In this document: piece after piece, positions 8,622-16,410 of the stretch | Position numbering within the stretch: the stretch's first letter is position 1 | Layout of the letters: each line of letters begins with the position of its first letter | Assembly: GCA_964567015.1 (NCBI GenBank) | Contig: CAZMKG010000003.1 | Location: forward strand, 12,825 to 56,029 | Source of the DNA: an uncultured Gammaproteobacteria bacterium | GTDB taxonomy: Bacteria; Patescibacteriota; Patescibacteriia; Patescibacteriales; UBA12465 | Direction of reading: 5' to 3' | DNA: 43,205 nucleotides | The notes under the pieces: model-generated | What the model saw: the letters and a program-made list of their open reading frames with translations, nothing else | Told to the model about the DNA's origin: nothing | Database searches by the model: none | Program-made: the position numbers and the translations under genes

Positions 8622-9911
8622 ATGAAGAAATTTTTACAAGCGCGATTGAAGTTTTTTTCCCGGATGATAATTAAAAAATATCAGCCGGTCGTTGTCGGTA
8701 TTACCGGTTCAATCGGCAAAACCAGTACTAAAGATGCGATAGACAAAGTTCTGCGGGAAAAATTAAGAGTGCGGACGACTTTTAAAAATTATAATAATGA
8801 GATAGGTTTACCGCTTACGATTATCGGCCTTAAATCTCCGGGAAAAAATGTTCTCGGATGGTTGGGCGTATTTTTGCGCGCTCTCGGGCTTATATTAATA
8901 AGGGATAAAGATTATCCTCAGGTTCTGGTTTTGGAGATGGGTGTCGACCGCCCGGGAGATATGGATTATTTAACGGATATCGCGCCTGTTGATATCGGTG
9001 TCGTTACAAATATCAGCTATTCGCATTTGGAATATTTTGGCACGATTCATAGTATCCAGAAAGAAAAGCAAATACTTATCGAAAAATTGGACGCCAAAGG
9101 CTTGGCCGTCCTTAATTTCGACAATCAATATTCAAAAGAAATGTCTGCGGTCAGTAAAGCCAGGGTCTTGAGTTATGGTTTAAAAGAAAAAGCGGATCTC
9201 CAAGCTCAGGATGTTGTTTATAATTTTACTAAAGAGGGCTACGATCTTTCGGGCATAAATTTCAAATTGAATTATAACGGATCGGTTGTGCCTGTTAATA
9301 TGAAAAATGTTATGGCGGAAACGGCTATTTATGCCGCTTTGGCCGCCGCCGCCGTCGCTTTGTATTTTGATTTTAATTTAGTAGAAATTTCTAAAGCTTT
9401 AAGCGATTTCTGTCTGCCGAAAGGACGAATGAATTTTTTGCCGGGAATAAAACACACCTTCTTAATCGATGATACTTATAACTCTTCGCCGGAATCGGCG
9501 CTTTTGGCCATTGATGTTTTAAGAAGAATCAAAGTCGATGCTTCCGCCGGTAAATACGCTGTTTTAGGTGATATGCTGGAAATCGGCAGTTATACCGAAG
9601 AAGGCCATGCGCTTGTCGGCAAAAAGGTCTTCGAGAGCGGTATAGACCAGTTGATTGCCGTCGGTGAAAAGGCGCGCGATTTTATTCGCGGCGCCAAAGA
9701 AGCGGGAATGGAAGACGAATATATCTTTTATTTTGACCGACCGGAAGAGGCGGGAAGATTCCTGCAAAATCGAATTAAAGCCGGTGATGTGCTTTTGACT
9801 AAGGGCTCGCAGGGCGCCCGCATGGAAAAGGTTGTAAAAGAGCTTATGGCCGAACCGCAAAAAGCGCCCGAGCTTATCGTGCGTCAAGAAAAAGAGTGGG
9901 AAAACAAATAA
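8622..9911 (+). CDS. murF: UDP-N-acetylmuramoyl-tripeptide--D-alanyl-D-alanine ligase
   Basis: 429 aa Mur ligase with P-loop GITGSIGKTSTKD. The overall layout and dcw context fit MurF rather than MurE. Confidence 0.85.
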   Translation: MKKFLQARLKFFSRMIIKKYQPVVVGITGSIGKTSTKDAIDKVLREKLRVRTTFKNYNNEIGLPLTIIGLKSPGKNVLGWLGVFLRALGLILIRDKDYPQVLVLEMGVDRPGDMDYLTDIAPVDIGVVTNISYSHLEYFGTIHSIQKEKQILIEKLDAKGLAVLNFDNQYSKEMSAVSKARVLSYGLKEKADLQAQDVVYNFTKEGYDLSGINFKLNYNGSVVPVNMKNVMAETAIYAALAAAAVALYFDFNLVEISKALSDFCLPKGRMNFLPGIKHTFLIDDTYNSSPESALLAIDVLRRIKVDASAGKYAVLGDMLEIGSYTEEGHALVGKKVFESGIDQLIAVGEKARDFIRGAKEAGMEDEYIFYFDRPEEAGRFLQNRIKAGDVLLTKGSQGARMEKVVKELMAEPQKAPELIVRQEKEWENK

Positions 9912-9930
9912 AATTTATACGCCGAGTTCC

Positions 9931-9963
9931 GCCGGTTCGCGTTTATCGCGCTCCGGCGTTTTT
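9931..9963 (+). terminator. Intrinsic terminator after murF
   Basis: GCCGG..CGCG-TTTAT-CGCG..CCGGC forms a two-segment GC-rich stem followed by GTTTTT. Confidence 0.6.
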
Positions 9964-9965
9964 AA

Positions 9966-9994
9966 TTGCCAATTGGCCGATTAGTGTTTATACT
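9966..9994 (+). promoter_or_regulatory. Sigma-70 promoter of rfbD (TTGCCA-17-TATACT), 8 nt from the ATG
   Basis: TTGCCA at 9966-9971, a 17-nt spacer, and TATACT at 9989-9994. The ATG is at 10003. Confidence 0.55.
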
Positions 9995-10002
9995 GGTAGT
10001 AT

Positions 10003-10869
10003 ATGAAAATATTAATTTTAGGCGGACGCGGAAATCTGGGAACACAGCTGATAAAAGTTTTTTCAGCCGATTTTGAAACCGTTTCGTGGGATCGCGACAA
10101 TCTCGATGTTTTAGATTTTGCCCTGCTTAGCGAGAGAATAGACGAGTTAGCTCCGGACTTGATTATTAACGCCGTTGCTTATAATGCCGTCGACAAATGC
10201 GAAGAAAAAACAGAATACGAATCGGCTCTGAGATTGAATTCTGATTTGCCGGCCGTCTTGGCGGATATCGCTCTGCGCCGCGGCGCGACATTAATCCATT
10301 ATTCTTCCGATTATGTCTTCAGCGGTACGGAGGAAAAGAAAGAGTTTTCCGAAGAAGATACCCCTAATCCGATTAATCGTTACGGAGAAAGCAAGTTCGC
10401 CGGCGAAAGAGAGATTTTAAAACGAGCTGAAAGCGGATTAAATTTTTATTTGATTAGAACCTCAAAATTATTTGGTCCCAAGGGTTCGAGCCCAGTGGCT
10501 AAACCGAGTTTTTTTGACATTATGCTTTCCTTGGCTCAGGATAAGAGAGAAATAACAGTCGTTAGCGAAGAATTAAGCTGCTTTACTTACACTCCTGATT
10601 TGGCGGCGGCGACCAAAAGGCTTTGGGAACTGGAAATGCCTTGCGGTATTTATCATCTTGTTAACGAAGGCGCTTGCACTTGGTTTGACGGAGCAAAAAC
10701 GCTCTTTGACTTTAAGCGGATGGACGTGGAAATTAGGGCAGTCAGGAGCGAGAACCTTTTGCGCGCCGCCAGGCGGCCAAAATTTTCCGTTTTAAAGAAT
10801 TCGAAAGTTAAAAAGATGCGCCATTTTCAAGAAGCTTTAAAAGAATACATGAATAATAAAAACATATGA
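10003..10869 (+). CDS. rfbD: dTDP-4-dehydrorhamnose reductase
   Basis: 288 aa. ILILGGRGNLG Rossmann motif, YxxxK (YGESK), and RmlD-like length. Confidence 0.9.
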   Translation: MKILILGGRGNLGTQLIKVFSADFETVSWDRDNLDVLDFALLSERIDELAPDLIINAVAYNAVDKCEEKTEYESALRLNSDLPAVLADIALRRGATLIHYSSDYVFSGTEEKKEFSEEDTPNPINRYGESKFAGEREILKRAESGLNFYLIRTSKLFGPKGSSPVAKPSFFDIMLSLAQDKREITVVSEELSCFTYTPDLAAATKRLWELEMPCGIYHLVNEGACTWFDGAKTLFDFKRMDVEIRAVRSENLLRAARRPKFSVLKNSKVKKMRHFQEALKEYMNNKNI

Positions 10870-11591
10870 GAGGGATAATTCTATCAGGCGGTTCGGGAAC
10901 GCGTTTGCGTCCGTTAACCAAAATTACCAGCAAGCAATTATTGCCGGTTTATCATCGGCCGATGATTTACTATCCCCTTAATACGCTGATTAGAGCCGGG
11001 GTTAAAGAAATACTAATAATTGTCGCTCCGGAAAGAGCGGGCGATTATCTTAATCTTCTCGGTTCGGGCAAGGAATTCGGGGTTAAATTTACTTATGAAA
11101 TTCAAGACAAACCGGAAGGTTTGGCCCAAGCTTTTCTAATCGGAGAAAAGTTTATCGATAAAGACGATGTGGTTATGATTTTGGGCGACAATATTTTTGA
11201 AGATGATTTTTCCGAAGATATCAAAAATTTTAAAGGAGGCGCCAAGATTTTTGCCAAGAAAGTTTCCGATCCGGAAAGATTCGGCGTGGTCAAATTCAAT
11301 GACGCGATGCGGGCGGAAAAAATTATCGAAAAGCCGCAAGAATATCTTAGCGATTACGCGGTTACCGGGCTGTATGTATATGATAGTCGCGTCGTCGAAG
11401 TAGCCAAAGGAATAAAAGCCAGTTCGCGCGGCGAGCTGGAGATAACCGATGTAAACAATTGGTTTTTAGACAGAGGCGAAATAGAGGTGGCAGAAGTCAA
11501 AGGGGAGTGGCTCGATGCCGGAACTTTTGATAGCTTGCTTAAAGCGCAAAATTTTGCTAAAGAAAAAATGGCCGATAAAATGGTTATTTAA
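10866..11591 (+). CDS. rfbA: Glucose-1-phosphate thymidylyltransferase (short form) / sugar nucleotidyltransferase
   Basis: 241 aa with the GGSGTRLRPLT signature. Its start overlaps the rfbD stop in an ATGA arrangement. Confidence 0.85.
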   Translation: MRGIILSGGSGTRLRPLTKITSKQLLPVYHRPMIYYPLNTLIRAGVKEILIIVAPERAGDYLNLLGSGKEFGVKFTYEIQDKPEGLAQAFLIGEKFIDKDDVVMILGDNIFEDDFSEDIKNFKGGAKIFAKKVSDPERFGVVKFNDAMRAEKIIEKPQEYLSDYAVTGLYVYDSRVVEVAKGIKASSRGELEITDVNNWFLDRGEIEVAEVKGEWLDAGTFDSLLKAQNFAKEKMADKMVI

Positions 11592-11592
11592 T

Positions 11593-12564
11593 ATGAAATT
11601 AGTCGTCGGATTTTTAACTTATAACGATTCTAGCGCCAAATATTTGCCGGATTTTTTGCCGAGCCTTAAAGATGCGCTTGATTTTTTAGAGCCTGGAGAT
11701 TATAGGGCGTTAGTTTTCGATAATAGCGAGAAGAACAATAATATAAACAAGAAAGAGATTGAATCTTTTAGCGAGAAGAATGGTCTGTTTTTAGAATATA
11801 TCTCCGCCGACAGCAATCTCGGCTTCAGTCGCGCTTATAATATTCTTATTCACTCCGCCGCGCGCTTAGGGGCGGAATATTTTTTTGTCGTCAATCCCGA
11901 TACGGTTTTAGAAAAAAACACCATATCTGAATTAATCTCGGCTCTTGATCGAAACCAAGAACTCTCTTCCGTTTGTCCAAAAATTCGTCGTTGGGATTTT
12001 GCCGCCAATACTAAAACTAGAGTTATTGATTCCTGTGGCTTGGTTGTTAAACCCGGTTTGCGTTTTTTTGATCTGGGCCAAGGAGAAAAAGATGACAAGC
12101 GTTTTGATTGTTATAATATTCTTGGACCGTCGGGTGCGGCCGGGATGTTTCGATTAAGCGCCCTAGAAAAAGTTAAAGATAACAACCAATACTTCGACGA
12201 GAGATTTTTTATGTATAAGGAAGATTGCGATTTGGCCTACCGGTTATTTTTAATAGGCGCCAAATCGGCGCTGGTGCCGAGCGCGATAATGTACCATGAT
12301 CGTACGGCGGCTTCATCCGGCGGCGGTCCATTGCGAAGAATAGGTGATCGGAAAAAAAAGAGCCGTCAAGTTCGTTCCTGGTCATTTAGAAACCAACATT
12401 TAATATTTGTCAAACATTGGTCTAGCCAAAATTTTATCAGTCGATTTATAATTATTTTTAGAGTTTTTGTCTTTGGTATATTTTCGCTTATATTAGAGCA
12501 ATATCTTCTAAAAGAGTATAAAAATATCCGCGCTTGCTTTCGTGGGTTGACTAATACAAAATAA
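11593..12564 (+). CDS. Family 2 glycosyltransferase (rhamnosyltransferase-like) with a C-terminal TM segment
   Basis: The GT-A fold begins at MKLVVGFLTYND. It carries a DxD-like NPD motif and an ED motif (YKEDCDLAYR). I place the start at ATG 11593; the track ORF from 11515 overlaps rfbA. Confidence 0.85.
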   Translation: MKLVVGFLTYNDSSAKYLPDFLPSLKDALDFLEPGDYRALVFDNSEKNNNINKKEIESFSEKNGLFLEYISADSNLGFSRAYNILIHSAARLGAEYFFVVNPDTVLEKNTISELISALDRNQELSSVCPKIRRWDFAANTKTRVIDSCGLVVKPGLRFFDLGQGEKDDKRFDCYNILGPSGAAGMFRLSALEKVKDNNQYFDERFFMYKEDCDLAYRLFLIGAKSALVPSAIMYHDRTAASSGGGPLRRIGDRKKKSRQVRSWSFRNQHLIFVKHWSSQNFISRFIIIFRVFVFGIFSLILEQYLLKEYKNIRACFRGLTNTK

Positions 12565-12569
12565 TATGA

Positions 12570-12587
12570 TAGTGTAAGTTTACACTA
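12570..12587. promoter_or_regulatory. Perfect 8-bp inverted repeat (TAGTGTAA-GT-TTACACTA), a possible operator
   Basis: Read directly. It lies 6 nt after the GT2 stop and 25 nt before the next ATG, and no U-tract follows it. Confidence 0.4.
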
Positions 12588-12612
12588 AGAAAAATTTATA
12601 AGTCTTTTTTTT

Positions 12613-13653
12613 ATGGAAAATTTACTAGAAAAGATAATAATCGATAAAAAATCCGAAGAATTGGCTCGTCTTGACGCTATCAAGATTGTTAACTCTTTAT
12701 TTTCTGAATTATTGGACCGCGAAAAGGATATCTTGTCGCGTCGTTTTGGTTTGGGCGGCGATAAAGGCGAAACTTTGGAAAAAATTGGCAGTCTGCATAA
12801 GTTAACCAGAGAAAGGGTTAGACAGATTGAATCGGCCAGTATCAAGAAGATAAAGAAGTTGGAAACTTTAGGAAACTCCATTGAGATTTTAGAAGGAGTT
12901 GTCCGCGATTTAATAAATGAACATGGCGGTTTAATACGACGCGATTATCTATTGGACATTTTAACGGTTATGGCTCTGGAACTCGGCGATGAAAATAATA
13001 CGGACAGTTCTGATTACGAAAAGAATAGGGCCGCTTATCGCAACCATTTTAATTTTTTGATTTCTAAATTAATGGAAGAAAATTTAGAATTAGTCGGCGA
13101 CAATGACGAATTCAACGCTTCTTTTAAATTAAAAGACGAAGAAGTCGGTTATTTTAAAGAACTGGCGGATGATTTATTGAAAAACATCGAGACTTTAAAG
13201 AAGACTTATACTACCGAAGAATTGTTAAAATTATTAAAAGAACTTGATTCCTATAATAAATATCAGGAGAAAATCGGTTCTATCAGACAGGTTAATATTT
13301 TCCCGGTTTTCAAAAGCAAGGTTTTCCCGGATAAAGCTGAAATTATAAATAACAATAAAGTTTTATACTCTTTAATGCAGGCTATTAAAAATATCGAGCA
13401 GAATAAATACGGCGAATGGGGAATAGCTAATTCCGAAGAAATAAAACCAAAAACGGTGAATGACAAGATTTATCTTATTTTAAAACACGAAGCAAAGCCT
13501 CTTCACTTTACGGAGATAGCTTCAAAAATAAATGAGATGGGATTTGATAAGAAAGTAGCTAATGCCGCCACTGTCCACAACGAGCTTATTCTCGATGATC
13601 GCTATATCCTTGTCAGCCGCGGCACTTATGGGCTTAAGGAATGGTCTAAATAA
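12613..13653 (+). CDS. DNA-binding protein with an N-terminal sigma-70 region-4 HTH and a C-terminal HARE-HTH domain
   Basis: LSRRFGLGGDKGETLEKIGSLHKLTRERVRQIESASIKKIKKL is a classic sigma region 4.2. The C-terminus (KPLHFTEIASKI...TVHNELILDDRYILVSRGTYGLKEW) matches the HARE-HTH (RpoE-delta N-terminal) pattern. No sigma region 2 is present. Confidence 0.8.
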   Translation: MENLLEKIIIDKKSEELARLDAIKIVNSLFSELLDREKDILSRRFGLGGDKGETLEKIGSLHKLTRERVRQIESASIKKIKKLETLGNSIEILEGVVRDLINEHGGLIRRDYLLDILTVMALELGDENNTDSSDYEKNRAAYRNHFNFLISKLMEENLELVGDNDEFNASFKLKDEEVGYFKELADDLLKNIETLKKTYTTEELLKLLKELDSYNKYQEKIGSIRQVNIFPVFKSKVFPDKAEIINNNKVLYSLMQAIKNIEQNKYGEWGIANSEEIKPKTVNDKIYLILKHEAKPLHFTEIASKINEMGFDKKVANAATVHNELILDDRYILVSRGTYGLKEWSK

Positions 13654-13697
13654 TAAAAATATTAGATAAAATATCTGAAATATAGGCAGTAAACATG

Positions 13698-13732
13698 AAG
13701 TCCGGCCGGAAGCGGCCGGACTTTTTGTTTTT
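13698..13732 (+). terminator. Strong intrinsic terminator
   Basis: AGTCCGGCCG-GAAG-CGGCCGGACT forms a perfect 10-bp GC-rich stem followed by TTTTGTTTTT. Confidence 0.85.
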
Positions 13733-13744
13733 CCTAAAAAAATA

Positions 13745-13753
13745 TGGTAAAAT
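13745..13753 (+). promoter_or_regulatory. Extended -10 element (TGgTAAAAT) upstream of the 477-aa gene
   Basis: TGGTAAAAT ends 26 nt upstream of the ATG at 13780. An AAGGAAG Shine-Dalgarno-like sequence precedes that start. Confidence 0.4.
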
Positions 13754-13779
13754 ATGTATGTTGAAATAATAAAGGAAGT

Positions 13780-15213
13780 ATGGATATAGTTGTTAATTTA
13801 GCCGTCTTTGAACGCTTTTTTAATTTGCCCCCCGAGCAGATGCTCTGGGCTCTTTTTGTTAATTTCGGTTGGATATTCCTTGGTATTATTTTTCTTTACG
13901 GAGCACGGGAGGTCTGGCTTAATTATATCGAAGAGAAATGGTCTCTCGGGCATAAGTATGTTTTGTTGGCAATCGATATTCCCAAGGGCAATGAGCAATC
14001 GCCAAAAGCGGTTGAGAATATGTTCACCTATCTAGGCGGAGCCCATGGCACTCAGAATTTTTATGAAAAATGGTTCGAGGGCCAATATCAAAAATCTTTT
14101 AGTTATGAAATTGTCAGTCTTGAGGGCTACACGCAATTTTTAATAAGAACACCGGTTGAATTCCGTAATTTAATCGAGTCTTCCGTCTATTCGCAATATC
14201 CCGATGCGGAAATTTCCGAGGTCGACGACTATACGGAAAATGTGCCTAAAAGTTATCCGGATAACGAGTGGGATTTATTCGGCGCGGAATTTATTTTGCA
14301 AGACTCGTGGTATTTGCCGATAAGAACTTATCAGGACTTTGAACATCAGATGGGACCGAGTGAAACTCAATTTAAAGATCCAATGGCGACTCTAATGGAT
14401 TTGTGCGGTTCTTTGCGTCAAGGAGAACAATTATGGTTTCAGATAATAGTTCAGCCGACGGGATTCGATTGGGTAAAAGAAGCGGCGGAAGCGGCGGATA
14501 AGTTGATGGGCCGCAAGAAAAAAGCCAAGCAGGGCATAGCCATAAAAAGCTTGGAGGCTATCGGTAATGCGAGCGAAATAATTTATCCTATTTGGCAGGA
14601 TATTGATTCAAGCAGCAAAAAAGAAGAAAAACCGAAGACGATGCTTGATTTAACTCCGAAGGAGAAGGAACAAGTCGAAGGTATTTTTATGAAAGCCACT
14701 AAGCTCGGTTTTAACTCTAAAATCAGAGTTGTTTATATGGCCAGAAAAGAAGTTATGGATAAGGCAAAGGTCTTCAATGGATTTGTCGGCTATATAAAAC
14801 AATTTGGCGCTCTTGGTATGAACAGCTTTAAGCCGGATGTTAAAAAGACCATGACAAAAACTGTTTATTTTAGAAGGAAACCTCGGTTAATCAGAAAAAA
14901 GAGAAATCTTTTTAATAATTACATAAATCGTTCGACCAATGGCCGGGACATGTATCTTCTAAACATTGAAGAATTGGCGACTCTCTGGCACTTTCCGATT
15001 GAGGCTAATGTAAAATCGCCTTTGGTCCAAAAAGCTCCGGGAAGAAAAGCCGATGCCCCATCATCTTTACCTATTATAAACGACGATACTCCTTTGCCGG
15101 CGGATATTTTTAGCGGACCGAGAGATAACTTTGAAGACGGAGAAAAAGGTCTGCTTGGCGACATCCGCAAAGACTCGGGAGCGACGCCGCCGCCTAATTT
15201 GCCGATTGTTTAA
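13780..15213 (+). CDS. Hypothetical membrane protein (477 aa), N-terminal TM hairpin plus a large globular region
   Basis: Long ORF with its own -10 element and an SD-like sequence. It has hydrophobic N-terminal helices, a conserved-looking core (YVLLAIDIPKGNEQSPKAVENMF, VYSQYPDAEISEVDDY, EELATLWHFP) and a Pro-rich tail. Confidence 0.8.
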   Translation: MDIVVNLAVFERFFNLPPEQMLWALFVNFGWIFLGIIFLYGAREVWLNYIEEKWSLGHKYVLLAIDIPKGNEQSPKAVENMFTYLGGAHGTQNFYEKWFEGQYQKSFSYEIVSLEGYTQFLIRTPVEFRNLIESSVYSQYPDAEISEVDDYTENVPKSYPDNEWDLFGAEFILQDSWYLPIRTYQDFEHQMGPSETQFKDPMATLMDLCGSLRQGEQLWFQIIVQPTGFDWVKEAAEAADKLMGRKKKAKQGIAIKSLEAIGNASEIIYPIWQDIDSSSKKEEKPKTMLDLTPKEKEQVEGIFMKATKLGFNSKIRVVYMARKEVMDKAKVFNGFVGYIKQFGALGMNSFKPDVKKTMTKTVYFRRKPRLIRKKRNLFNNYINRSTNGRDMYLLNIEELATLWHFPIEANVKSPLVQKAPGRKADAPSSLPIINDDTPLPADIFSGPRDNFEDGEKGLLGDIRKDSGATPPPNLPIV

Positions 15214-15231
15214 CAATAAAAATATAAACAC

Positions 15232-16410
15232 ATGCGTATCGGAATAGACGCCCGTTTCTATGGCCCGGTCGGTAAAGGACTGGGAAGGTATACTCAGGAA
15301 GTGGTAGACAATATAATCAAAATATCAAGCGCTGAAAGCGCTGGTTTTGATTTTGTGATTTTTCTAAGTCCAGATAACTTTGACGAATTCGTTTGCGCGC
15401 AGACAAATATTAAAAAAGTTTGTTTAAAAATGAGATGGTATTCTTGGCAGGAGCAAATATTATTGCCTTTTCGTATTTGGCGCGAGAAGGTTAATTTAAT
15501 GCACTTTCCCCATTTCAATGTGCCTTTATTCGTTCCGGTAAAGTTTGTGGTTACTATCCACGATTTGATTTTGACGCATTTTCCGACGCGTCGCGCCACA
15601 ACCCTCAACCCGTTCGTTTATCGTTTGAAAAATTTGGCCTATCGTCTGGTTATCGTTAATGCCGTTAAGCGCTCGAAAAAAATAATAACCGTTTCCGAGT
15701 TTACGAAAAAAGACATAATTGAACAATTTAAAGCGCCGGAAGATAAGATTATAGTTACCTATGAAGGGGTGGCTAATTTAGCCAAAGGCCGCGATTCTTT
15801 GTTTGTCGCGAAATTAGATAACCAGGAGACTTTAGAACAATATCATATCCCTAAAAATTTTCTTTTATATGTCGGCAACGCTTATCCTCATAAAAATTTA
15901 GAAACTCTTCTGGAGGTTTTTGCGAAATTACTTGATAGTCGCGCCGATTTGCGCCTAGTATTGGTCGGCAAGGAAGATTATTTTTATGAGCGCTTGCGCG
16001 ATAAAGCTCGGACTCTAAATATCTGGCAGAAGGGTAATAACAATAGCCCGGTTATTTTCCCCGGGTATGTTTCCGACGCGCAGCTGGAAATTTTTTACCA
16101 GGAAGCAAGGGCTTATGTTTTTCCTTCTTTATACGAAGGTTTCGGTTTGCCGCCTCTGGAAGCGATGGCTAGGAATTGCCCGGTGGCCAGCTCCGACCGG
16201 TCGTCCTTACCGGAGATATTGGGTGATGCGGCCGTTTATTTCAACCCTGAGGATAGAGATGATATGGCAGATAAAATAAAACGCCTATTGGACGATGAGG
16301 GTTTTCGGGAGTCTTTGATAGCCGCCGGATTAAAACAGGTTAAAAAATATAGCTGGTGGGAATGCGCCAATAAAACTCTCGATGTTTATAAAAAAGTTCT
16401 AAATGTCTAA
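15232..16410 (+). CDS. Family 4 glycosyltransferase (GT-B)
   Basis: 392 aa with the EGFGLPPLEAMA (E-x7-E) motif and a GT4 layout. Confidence 0.9.
   Translation: MRIGIDARFYGPVGKGLGRYTQEVVDNIIKISSAESAGFDFVIFLSPDNFDEFVCAQTNIKKVCLKMRWYSWQEQILLPFRIWREKVNLMHFPHFNVPLFVPVKFVVTIHDLILTHFPTRRATTLNPFVYRLKNLAYRLVIVNAVKRSKKIITVSEFTKKDIIEQFKAPEDKIIVTYEGVANLAKGRDSLFVAKLDNQETLEQYHIPKNFLLYVGNAYPHKNLETLLEVFAKLLDSRADLRLVLVGKEDYFYERLRDKARTLNIWQKGNNNSPVIFPGYVSDAQLEIFYQEARAYVFPSLYEGFGLPPLEAMARNCPVASSDRSSLPEILGDAAVYFNPEDRDDMADKIKRLLDDEGFRESLIAAGLKQVKKYSWWECANKTLDVYKKVLNV

Noticed and set aside
11515-11592. N-terminal extension of the GT2 ORF, overlapping rfbA by 77 nt
   Set aside because: The extension (MPELLIACLKRKILLKKKWPIKWLFN) is just the alternative frame of the rfbA 3' end. 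The GT-A fold begins at MKLVVGFLTYND, and ATG 11593 lies 1 nt after the rfbA stop.
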